A stretch of DNA of 64,000 nt from Candidatus Moraniibacteriota bacterium (GCA_026396175.1 JAPLXG010000012.1:19360-83359), one strand, 5' to 3'. Shown: positions 1 through 5,870, counted from the first letter of the stretch. Made by a program: numbers and translations. Notes: generated by a model not told the origin, from the letters alone.

Positions 1-1
1 T

Positions 2-424
2 TCGGCGATTTCTGGTCGCACGAGATATCTGCGTGATGGACAAGACAAGTTGGAAAAAGGGGAGTATGGAAAATATACTAAATTTGAGCAAATGAAATTT
101 GCCGAAGAACTGAATCGTCTAGAAACCAAGATGGGTGGAATAAAACTGATGGATCGCTTGCCGGGAGCAATTTTTGTGACTGGTGTAGTGGAAGATAACT
201 TGGCAATCAAAGAAGCGCGGATCAAAAATATTCCCGTCATCGCACTGGCCGACACAAACATTGACCCACGCGATATCGATTACATTATTCCAGCCAATGA
301 AGATGCTGTTTCTTCATTGAAAATCCTGATGGCCTATGTTGTGAAAGCGGTGCTGGTGGCCAAGCAAAAAGTGGTAGTGGAAAAAGCGGCTCTCGATAAA
401 GCAGCAGCAGAAGTCAAAAATTAG
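2..424 (+). CDS. rpsB: 30S ribosomal protein S2, C-terminal part (5' end outside window)
   Basis: Open frame from window edge; translation matches the S2 C-terminal region (IPVIALADTN...DYIIP) and sits directly upstream of tsf. Confidence 0.8.
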   Translation, partial: SAISGRTRYLRDGQDKLEKGEYGKYTKFEQMKFAEELNRLETKMGGIKLMDRLPGAIFVTGVVEDNLAIKEARIKNIPVIALADTNIDPRDIDYIIPANEDAVSSLKILMAYVVKAVLVAKQKVVVEKAALDKAAAEVKN

Positions 425-440
425 GAATTTTAAAAAGTAT

Positions 441-490
441 TTATTCGTATGTCCCCCTTTCGTAGTGGGGGTTCGCGAAGCGAAAAACAT
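441..490 (+). promoter_or_regulatory. Conserved roughly 48-nt two-helix leader motif, copy 1 (inner stem CCCCC/GGGGG, loop TTTCGTAGT)
   Basis: TTATTCGTATGT-CCCCC-TTTCGTAGT-GGGGG-TTCGCGAAGCGAAAAACAT ends right at the tsf ATG; 4 copies in the window with compensatory stem changes. Confidence 0.5.
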
Positions 491-1075
491 ATGTCAAACT
501 TAGAACAAATAAAAAAAATTAGAGAAATGCTTGGTTCGGGAATTGTGGAAACCAAAAAAGCACTCGATGAAGCAGGCGGTGATGAGGAAAAAGCGATTGA
601 AATTATTCGAAAACGGGGGAAACTGAAAGCGGCCAAAAAATCTGATCGTGAGGCCGGTGAGGGTGTGGTTGTGTCCTATATCCACCCAAATAATAAATTA
701 GGTGCGATAGTGAAGCTTTATTGTGAAAGTGATTTTGTGGCGAGAAATACCGAATTTCTTGAATTAGCCAAAGATTTGGCAATGCACATCTGCGCAATGA
801 ATCCGCAATATGTGAAACCGGAAGATGTGTCAGCTGAAACATTGGAAAAGGAAAAAGAAATTTGGCAGGAGCAGTTGAAAGCAGAAAACAAGCCGACGGA
901 AATTATGGTAAAAATCCTCGAAGGTAAAGAGAAAAAATTCCGTGAAGATTTGGCGCTCCTTACTCAAGCTTATGTTAAAAATCCTGACCAGACCGTGGAG
1001 TCGCTTATCACAGAAAAAATTGCCAAGATCGGAGAGAATATCTGTGTAGGTGGTTTTACTCGGATGGAGTTATAA
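491..1075 (+). CDS. tsf: Elongation factor Ts
   Basis: MSNLEQIKKIREMLGSGIVETKKALDEAGGD... typical EF-Ts N-terminal UBA-like region; rpsB-tsf synteny. Start placed at the internal ATG 491 because the upstream part of the ORF is the leader motif. Confidence 0.9.
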   Translation: MSNLEQIKKIREMLGSGIVETKKALDEAGGDEEKAIEIIRKRGKLKAAKKSDREAGEGVVVSYIHPNNKLGAIVKLYCESDFVARNTEFLELAKDLAMHICAMNPQYVKPEDVSAETLEKEKEIWQEQLKAENKPTEIMVKILEGKEKKFREDLALLTQAYVKNPDQTVESLITEKIAKIGENICVGGFTRMEL

Positions 1076-1109
1076 AATCGAGACTTAAAAATAATAGATT
1101 CGCAATACA

Positions 1110-1883
1110 ATGAATGTTTTAGTAAAAATATATCCTTGGGAGGGGCCGCGTCTTTGCGAAAGCGAAATCAGATTGAAAGCTGGAGATCGTGTCGTGGTAA
1201 CTTGCGAACATTTCAATGAACTGGGAACGGTTGAGGCGGATGGCAAAGAGAATTGCCCGAAAGAAAAAGAACAAGTTTTGCGCTTGGCAACAACTCGGGA
1301 CAAAGAAAATTTTATCGCGAAAGAAACAGAAAAGGAAGAAATGTTGGATTTTTGCAAGAGTGAACTCAAGGCATTGGGCCTGGCAATGAAAGCGATTGAT
1401 GCGAGAATTAGTCTTTGCGGCAAGCAGATCATTTTTATTTTTACTTCTGATGGCCGGGTGGATTTTCGGGAATTGGTAAAAAATCTTTCGCTCAAGTTTA
1501 AAAAAGCAATCAGAATGCAGCAAATCGGTTCGCGCGATGAAGCGCGAAAGCTGGGTGATTGCGGTGTTTGTGGAAGATCAATGTGTTGCATTAACACTAA
1601 AAATAATATTCCTAGCATCACAACTGATATGGCGCGTGTCCAACAGATTGCACACCGTGGCACAGAGCGGATTTCTGGTGCTTGCGGACGGCTGATGTGT
1701 TGCCTTGCCTATGAAGCCCAGAGTTATCGCGAGATGCTCGAAGGGATGCCGGAAATGTATAGTCCGATTAGTACCGTCGAAGGCGATGGAACGGTGATTG
1801 AAGTAAATGCGATTACACAAGAAGTGAAAGTTAAACTGAAAAGTGGAAAATATCTGACAGTCAAAAAGGAAGAATTAAAATAA
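1110..1883 (+). CDS. PSP1 C-terminal domain protein (YaaT/RicT-like)
   Basis: Paired Cys motifs CGVCGRSMCC and GACGRLMCC characteristic of PSP1/YaaT family. Confidence 0.55.
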   Translation: MNVLVKIYPWEGPRLCESEIRLKAGDRVVVTCEHFNELGTVEADGKENCPKEKEQVLRLATTRDKENFIAKETEKEEMLDFCKSELKALGLAMKAIDARISLCGKQIIFIFTSDGRVDFRELVKNLSLKFKKAIRMQQIGSRDEARKLGDCGVCGRSMCCINTKNNIPSITTDMARVQQIAHRGTERISGACGRLMCCLAYEAQSYREMLEGMPEMYSPISTVEGDGTVIEVNAITQEVKVKLKSGKYLTVKKEELK

Positions 1884-1907
1884 AATTTTTATCGCGCTGA
1901 TATTCAT

Positions 1908-1970
1908 ATATTCGTATGTCCCATTTTCGTAGTATGGGTTCGCGAAGCGAATAACAGCGAAGCAAATAAC
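1908..1970 (+). promoter_or_regulatory. Conserved two-helix leader motif, copy 2 (inner stem CCCAT/ATGGG) with tandem duplicated GCGAAGC(G/A)AATAAC tail
   Basis: ATATTCGTATGT-CCCAT-TTTCGTAGT-ATGGG-TTCGCGAAGCGAATAACA + GCGAAGCAAATAACC, 3 nt before the ATG of the 1974 gene. Confidence 0.5.
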
Positions 1971-1973
1971 CTT

Positions 1974-2756
1974 ATGTTGTACCAAATTATTCCGCCAATT
2001 CTAGTCGTTTTGAGTGTCATCGGAATAATTGTTTTTTTGGTCAAAAAAACTCCGGAAATTAATCGGTTTGAGCGGGAGGAAAAAATGGAAAAGGAGCGAG
2101 AATTCCGTGCGATGAGTGGAGGGGCTAATAATTTTTCCGAAAGAGAAGTGGCGAGATTAAAGGTAGCAGCAAAATTAAAACAAGGTTCGCTGGTTCTTTT
2201 GGAAAAATCAGTCAAAAAATCTCAGATTATTTTTTTGAAATTGGAAAATAGGATGAAAAATTTAGGAGAGGGGATTAGAAAAAAAAGAAGTTCCCGTGTG
2301 GATGAGATAAATAGTAATGAAAGAATGCAATCAGAATATCAGCCAAAGAAAGAAGATGTGCCTGCGACAAGAGAAACTGAAGCGCTGGATGGAATTATTG
2401 ATAAAATAGGAAAATATAATCCGGAAAAAAGAAATATTCGTGAACGATTAGGATTAAAGCAAAAAGCAAAACAAGAGGAAGTGGAGGAAAAATTTTTTCG
2501 TCCAATCATTAGTGATCACGTTGTTGTTCCCAAGAGAAGACGCGAAACCAAGAGCCGTCTGGAAGAACTTCTGATTGAAAGGATCGCCGCTAATCCGAAA
2601 GACATTGAAGCCTATGAAAGACTAGGGGAATATTACCTGGAAGTGAAAAACCTTGAACATTCCAAGGAATGTTTCAAGCAAGTGCTTCGCTTAAATCCGA
2701 CAAATCGCAACGCGAGGTATAAAATCAGAAAACTGGAAAAAATTCTGGGAAGCTGA
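1974..2756 (+). CDS. Hypothetical protein, N-terminal TM helix, Lys/Glu-rich, C-terminal TPR-like repeat
   Basis: ORF with hydrophobic N-terminus and TPR-like C-terminus (AYERLGEYYLEVKNLEHSKECFKQVLRLNP). Confidence 0.5.
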   Translation: MLYQIIPPILVVLSVIGIIVFLVKKTPEINRFEREEKMEKEREFRAMSGGANNFSEREVARLKVAAKLKQGSLVLLEKSVKKSQIIFLKLENRMKNLGEGIRKKRSSRVDEINSNERMQSEYQPKKEDVPATRETEALDGIIDKIGKYNPEKRNIRERLGLKQKAKQEEVEEKFFRPIISDHVVVPKRRRETKSRLEELLIERIAANPKDIEAYERLGEYYLEVKNLEHSKECFKQVLRLNPTNRNARYKIRKLEKILGS

Positions 2757-2884
2757 TAGAATAATAGGGCGTGAAAATTCCTCTGAAGTAGCTCCTCGTA
2801 AAACCCGATAAATCGGATCACGGGGCAGGCAATGGGCTTAATACGCCGAAGTAGCTCAATGGCAGAGCAACTGTTTTGCGCCAG

Positions 2885-3035
2885 CCCCGCACTAATTTAA
2901 AAAATAAATAAATCGCCGTCCTAGCTCAATGGCAGAGCAACTGTTTTGTAAACAGTAGGTTATCAGTTCAACTCTGATGGACGGCTCATGAGTCTAGAAG
3001 TAATTTACTGGTGCACTTTTTAAATTAGTGCGGGG
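2885..3035. repeat. Perfect 14-bp inverted repeat (CCCCGCACTAATTT at 2885-2898 / AAATTAGTGCGGGG at 3022-3035) bracketing the embedded tRNA-Thr
   Basis: Exact reverse complements read directly from sequence. Confidence 0.8.
2915..2986 (+). tRNA. tRNA-Thr (anticodon UGU), intact
   Basis: Acceptor GCCGTCC/GGACGGC, D-arm TAGCTCAATGGCAGAGCA, anticodon stem ACTGT/ACAGT with loop TTTGTAA, T-arm ATCAG-TTCAACT-CTGAT; no encoded CCA. Confidence 0.8.
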
Positions 3036-3053
3036 TAAATAGGTTATCGGTTC

Positions 3054-3073
3054 CCTGCCTGCCGGTAGGCAGG
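3054..3073. repeat. 20-nt palindrome family member (CCTGCCTGCCGGTAGGCAGG) inserted in the T-loop of the disrupted outer tRNA-Thr
   Basis: Removing it restores a canonical 7-nt T-loop TTCAACT. Confidence 0.7.
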
Positions 3074-3096
3074 AACTCCGATCTTCGGCTCAAAAT

Positions 3097-3124
3097 CATG
3101 TAGCATATAACATGTAGCATATAA
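3097..3124. repeat. Tandem 14-mer direct repeat CATGTAGCATATAA x2, followed at 3148-3176 by a CATGTT-rich tract
   Basis: Exact tandem duplication; a related CATGTTTCATG...TTACATG tract recurs inside priA at 14201-14233. Confidence 0.6.
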
Positions 3125-3197
3125 CAGGACTCCTTAATGATTTTGTTACATGTTTCATGTTGCATGTTACATGCAGTGGGTCGGTGGCGGAGTGGTC

Positions 3198-3217
3198 CCT
3201 GCCTACTGGCAGGCAGG
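3198..3217. repeat. 20-nt palindrome family member (variant CCTGCCTACTGGCAGGCAGG) in the D-loop of the outer tRNA-Tyr copy
   Basis: Flanked by GGTC and AATCGCAGC, which are contiguous in the intact tRNA-Tyr. Confidence 0.65.
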
Positions 3218-3264
3218 AATCGCAGCTGACTGTAAATCAGCCGATTTCGGTCTACGGGCGCGCG

Positions 3265-3430
3265 TCCCTCACCAATTTCGAACATTTTAAAATTATTTAG
3301 GGCAGACAGGGATATGGGTCGGTGGCGGAGTGGTCAATCGCAGCTGACTGTAAATCAGCCGATTTCGGTCTACGGGGGTTCGAATCCCTCCCGGCCCACA
3401 AGGCTGTCCTAGTTCGAAATTGGTGAGGGA
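3265..3430. repeat. Perfect 19-bp inverted repeat (TCCCTCACCAATTTCGAAC at 3265-3283 / GTTCGAAATTGGTGAGGGA at 3412-3430) bracketing the intact tRNA-Tyr
   Basis: Exact reverse complements; the same architecture as at the tRNA-Thr locus. Confidence 0.8.
3316..3398 (+). tRNA. tRNA-Tyr (anticodon GUA), type II with long variable arm, intact
   Basis: Acceptor GGGTCGG/CCGGCCC (one G-U), anticodon stem GCTGA/TCAGC with loop CTGTAAA, long variable arm, T-arm GGGGG-TTCGAAT-CCCTC. Confidence 0.8.
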
Positions 3431-3461
3431 TGAAAATCCTTCCCGGCCCACATAATTTTAC

Positions 3462-3534
3462 GCCGTTGTAGCTCAGTCGGTAGAGCATTTCCATGGTAAG
3501 GAAAAGGTCCGCAGTTCGATTCTGCGCAACGGCT
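3462..3534 (+). tRNA. tRNA-Thr (anticodon GGU), intact
   Basis: Acceptor GCCGTTG/CAACGGC, anticodon stem TTTCC/GGAAA with loop ATGGTAA, T-arm CGCAG-TTCGATT-CTGCG. Confidence 0.8.
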
Positions 3535-3540
3535 CAGGCT

Positions 3541-3587
3541 AAAGGTCCCCTGCCTGCCGGCAGGCAGGGATTCCGGACAACGGCTCA
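3541..3587 (+). pseudogene. Partial duplicate of the tRNA-Thr(GGU) 3' portion; the 20-nt palindrome (3549-3568, perfect) replaces the 5' strand of the T-stem
   Basis: AAAGGTCC[CCTGCCTGCCGGCAGGCAGG]GATTCCGGACAACGGCTCA against the tRNA's AAAGGTCCGCAGTTCGATTCTGCGCAACGGCTCA. Confidence 0.55.
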
Positions 3588-3593
3588 TTATAA

Positions 3594-3660
3594 TTAGTAG
3601 CCAGTATCTAATATTTTGTATTTAGTATTTATACTAAATACCAGATACTAAATACCACAT
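3594..3660. repeat. GTATTTAGTAT-type imperfect palindromic repeat tract just upstream of rpmG
   Basis: CCAGTATCTAATATTTTGTATTTAGTATTTATACTAAATACCAGATACTAAATACC with 9-bp arms TATTTAGTA/TACTAAATA; the same short repeat recurs at 15371-15400, 22419-22443 and 14081-14134. Confidence 0.5.
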
Positions 3661-3668
3661 ACAAATAA

Positions 3669-3824
3669 ATGTCACGAGAAAATTTATCAAAGCTGAAATG
3701 TTTGGAATGTGCTAACATCAACTATTTCACCACCAGAAACAAGAAAAAGTTGAAAGAAAAATTGGAAATGAAAAAACATTGCCCAAAATGCAAAAAGCAC
3801 ACGATGCATAAGGAAATGAAATAG
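3669..3824 (+). CDS. rpmG: 50S ribosomal protein L33 (51 aa; under the ORF-track length cutoff)
   Basis: Manual translation [51 protein letters not shown]; two CxxC pairs typical of L33; rpmG-tRNA-Trp synteny. Confidence 0.8.
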   Translation: MSRENLSKLKCLECANINYFTTRNKKKLKEKLEMKKHCPKCKKHTMHKEMK

Positions 3825-3897
3825 GGAGTTGGTGAAATTATTCCGTCTTTGCGAACATGCGGGCTTTGCCCGCCGAAGTCCGCTGTGGCGGACATAG

Positions 3898-3968
3898 GCG
3901 GGTGTGGTGAAGTGGTATCACAACGGTCTCCAAAACCGTTATCCCAGGTCCGACTCCTGGCACCCGTG
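3898..3968 (+). tRNA. tRNA-Trp (anticodon CCA)
   Basis: Acceptor GCGGGTG/CACCCGT (G1-U72), D-stem GTGA/TCAC, anticodon stem ACGGT/ACCGT with loop CTCCAAA (as in E. coli tRNA-Trp), T-arm CCAGG-TCCGACT-CCTGG. Confidence 0.75.
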
Positions 3969-3980
3969 CATAGAAAAAAA

Positions 3981-4007
3981 CAAGACTCTCGAGTCTTGTT
4001 TTTGTTT
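3981..4007 (+). terminator. Rho-independent terminator after tRNA-Trp
   Basis: CAAGACTC-TCGA-GAGTCTTG hairpin followed by TTTTTGTTTG. Confidence 0.7.
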
Positions 4008-4046
4008 GCATTGGGATATATTTTTCAGTTTGACTTTAAAAAAATA

Positions 4047-4082
4047 GAAAAGGCATAGCGTGGGGGTTCGTTATGCCTTTTT
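4047..4082. terminator. Bidirectional hairpin terminator
   Basis: AAAAGGCATA...TATGCCTTTTT: 7-bp stem with an A-run on one side and a T-run on the other; lies between convergent transcription units. Confidence 0.5.
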
Positions 4083-4113
4083 GGATGCCCGGTTTTAGTT
4101 TAAACCGAGAACA

Positions 4114-4632
4114 TTAGAAAAGCTGTATTGGAGGCCGTGAAATTATATGCAGACCATTCTTGGCTATATATCCACGTAATGTTTGGCCGCAGTTTTGACA
4201 TTGATAGCCTAGTGTTGGGATTGGATCTCGAGGCGTTGCTTGGAACGCTTTTGCTATGATTACCGATTTACAGTGCCAGCAGTGGGTGGAATAATCTTTG
4301 TCGCTAAATTCCCATAAAATCCTTTCAAAGCTTTCGCGGGGGATTATTCTGCTGGCATTGGCCATGTAATAATAGACATGATGATTAACACATATAAACC
4401 ACATCATATCTTTTTGCCATTCGTAAGAATAGGCAAAGGCCACGGTGCGGCAAATCTGGCATGCAACTCCTGAATAAATAGCCAGTGGCATTGAGAGTAC
4501 CTCCTTTCCCGTAATAGGGAATGATAAAAATTGTCTATCATGTAAAAAATCGCGGCGTGCCAAAGAATGGCACAATAATCCGCGGAATTTCTTTGTAAAT
4601 GAACAAGCGTATGATAGCGTACTGTAGCGCAT
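4114..4632 (-). CDS. Hypothetical Cys/His-rich protein (possible zinc-binding or nuclease-like)
   Basis: 172-aa ORF with HCWHC and CQNCGQT motifs; no confident family assignment. Confidence 0.45.
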   Translation of the reverse strand: MRYSTLSYACSFTKKFRGLLCHSLARRDFLHDRQFLSFPITGKEVLSMPLAIYSGVACQICRTVAFAYSYEWQKDMMWFICVNHHVYYYMANASRIIPRESFERILWEFSDKDYSTHCWHCKSVIIAKAFQATPRDPIPTLGYQCQNCGQTLRGYIAKNGLHIISRPPIQLF

Positions 4633-4745
4633 AACCAGCGGGGAGTCAAGTGCATGAATTTTAAAAAATAACTGAATTTAAGACTGGCAAGAATTTCTTT
4701 CGAGTTCTATTTTATGGTATGATAAAATTGTAAAATCAATTCACT

Positions 4746-4988
4746 ATGTACTATCTTTATATCCTAAAATGCGCGGATAAAACGCTCTATACGGGGATTG
4801 CCACCGATCTTTCGCGTCGGGTTTTTGAACATAATAACAATAAGCTTGGTGCGAAATATACCGCCGCGCGCCGTCCGGTTAGGTTGGTCTATTTTCAGAA
4901 ATTTAAAAACCGCTCTCTTGCTTCCAAAGAAGAAGCGCGGATAAAAAAGTTGAAAAAAGCAGAGAAGCTAGAATTGATTGGGGGATAG
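4746..4988 (+). CDS. GIY-YIG nuclease family protein (UPF0213-like)
   Basis: MYYLYILKCADKTLYTGIATDLSRRVFEHN = canonical GIY...YIG...R...E...N motif order. Confidence 0.85.
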   Translation: MYYLYILKCADKTLYTGIATDLSRRVFEHNNNKLGAKYTAARRPVRLVYFQKFKNRSLASKEEARIKKLKKAEKLELIGG

Positions 4989-5067
4989 CGACTTGTTTGA
5001 ATTTCGCTATGTTGCGTTTGAAAAAAGTGTGGTATACTGAAAAGGTAAAATAAATAACTAAAAATTC

Positions 5068-5194
5068 ATCCCCCACCACTTTTTTGCTCGCATTTCGTGC
5101 GAAAGTGAAGTAGCCCTAGAAGCTATCGTCGGGAGAATGCTAGGATATAATTTCTAGCCAAAATAAATTCAAAAGCAAAAAAGTGGTGGGGGAT
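5068..5194. repeat. 127-bp unit bounded by a perfect 20-bp inverted repeat (ATCCCCCACCACTTTTTTGC / GCAAAAAAGTGGTGGGGGAT), ending 8 nt before the ATG at 5203
   Basis: Exact reverse complements at 5068-5087 and 5175-5194; the internal 87 nt contains further small hairpins and a TATAAT at 5146-5151. Confidence 0.5.
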
Positions 5195-5202
5195 AAAAAA
5201 AT

Positions 5203-5520
5203 ATGGCACTGGCAAAAAAAACAAAAAAAGAGGGGAGTAGTTTTGACTGGCAAGAAACTTTGTCTGGGTTGGGAGTTAGTTTTTTCAAGAATTTTGCCGA
5301 TTCTTTGGCGGACAAAATTAAACATCGGATTCAAGAAATGGTGGTTGCGTTGCAAAAGGGTCTGCTTGGAACATTTTTGATTATAATTGGAACAATTTTC
5401 GCCCTAGTTAGTCTCGCTCTGTTTATCAATGAGATGCTTATGATCGGAACCGGCGTGGGCTATGCGATTGTGGGAATTTTTTCAATTCTAATGGGGTTAT
5501 TAATTATTAAGAGTAAATAA
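5203..5520 (+). CDS. Small hypothetical membrane protein (2 predicted TM helices)
   Basis: ORF with two hydrophobic segments in the C-terminal half. Confidence 0.5.
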   Translation: MALAKKTKKEGSSFDWQETLSGLGVSFFKNFADSLADKIKHRIQEMVVALQKGLLGTFLIIIGTIFALVSLALFINEMLMIGTGVGYAIVGIFSILMGLLIIKSK

Positions 5521-5521
5521 T

Positions 5522-5758
5522 ATGGACACAAAAAAAATTAAGAGCAAAGCAAGCGAGATGAAAGCGGATGTGCAAAAGATGGCCGAGAAGGAAATTGCCA
5601 AGGCCAAGCAAGAATTGAAGAAGGTGGAAAAGCTAGTAGAAGATTATGCCAAAAAGAACCCGGAAAAGGCAGCGATGATTTCCGCAGGAATCGGTGCGGC
5701 ATTGGGCGCAGCTGTGGCAGTGCTTTTGGGAAAAGCAGGAAGGGGCAAGAAGAAATAG
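5522..5758 (+). CDS. Hypothetical small protein with a C-terminal Gly/Ala-rich TM helix (ElaB/YqjD/DUF883-like)
   Basis: Charged helical N-terminus followed by MISAGIGAALGAAVAVLLGK. Confidence 0.45.
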   Translation: MDTKKIKSKASEMKADVQKMAEKEIAKAKQELKKVEKLVEDYAKKNPEKAAMISAGIGAALGAAVAVLLGKAGRGKKK

Positions 5759-5775
5759 GCGAAACAAACAATTCA

Positions 5776-5807
5776 CCCCGCATCCCGCCAAGGCGGGATT
5801 TGCGGGG
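5776..5807. repeat. GC-rich nested hairpin motif, copy 1 (CCCCGCA-TCCCGCC-AAG-GCGGGA-TTTGCGGGG)
   Basis: Second copy with the same architecture at 16119-16150. Confidence 0.5.
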
Positions 5808-5840
5808 CTTGTGAAAAAAGCCTTTTTAGGCTATAATCAA

Positions 5841-5870
5841 TAGAGGGTAGGATAAACCCTCTATTTTTTT
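5841..5870 (+). terminator. Rho-independent terminator
   Basis: TAGAGGGT-AGGATAA-ACCCTCTA followed by TTTTTTT. Confidence 0.6.

Larger units (their letters stand above)
2845..3092 (+). pseudogene. Disrupted tRNA-Thr-like gene (outer copy): 5' half 2845-2878 and 3' half 3036-3089, split by a roughly 160-nt insert holding an intact tRNA-Thr, plus a 20-nt palindrome in the T-loop
   Basis: Acceptor halves GCCGAAG / CTTCGGC are complementary. The D-arm and 5' anticodon stem are identical to the embedded tRNA. The 3' anticodon stem strand is missing. The T-loop reads TTC[CCTGCCTGCCGGTAGGCAGG]AACT. Confidence 0.45.
3178..3450 (+). pseudogene. Disrupted tRNA-Tyr-like gene (outer copy) with a 20-nt palindrome in the D-loop; its T-arm is split by an insert holding the intact tRNA-Tyr
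   Basis: 5' 81 nt match tRNA-Tyr except for GGTC[CCTGCCTACTGGCAGGCAGG]AATCGC in the D-loop. Sequence diverges after the first GGG of the T-stem. The 3' end TTCCCGGCCCACA resumes at 3438-3450. Confidence 0.45.

Noticed and set aside
449-490. N-terminal extension of tsf from ATG 449 (MSPFRSGGSRSEKH...)
   Set aside because: These 14 codons are the conserved two-helix motif, which occurs in 4 copies in different frame contexts. The same motif is translated as junk in ORF 9982-10164 and would extend ORF 45072 if read upstream. The start was set at ATG 491.
430-842. Antisense/overlapping ORFs (430-636, 500-685, 603-842) across the tsf region
   Set aside because: They overlap the well-supported tsf gene on the opposite strand and have low-complexity or no recognisable content; treated as spurious six-frame artefacts. 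Likewise 1085-1663, 1119-1523 and 1578-1820 against the PSP1 gene, and the many antisense ORFs inside priA, clpB, pyrG, ctpA, iscS and others.
3025-3494. ORFs 3025-3285 (-) and 3297-3494 (-) in the tRNA cluster
   Set aside because: They run through tRNA genes and palindromic repeats, so they are not coding.
2845-3600. Possibility that the repeated palindromes in and near tRNAs form a CRISPR array
   Set aside because: Palindrome spacing is irregular (144, 331 and 11,800 nt and so on). Intervening sequences are tRNAs, not spacers. The copies are individually flanked by different contexts. No cas genes are present. Nothing CRISPR-like was found anywhere in the window.
3849-4058. 69-aa ORF on the + strand
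   Set aside because: It completely overlaps tRNA-Trp and its terminator, so it is a six-frame artefact.
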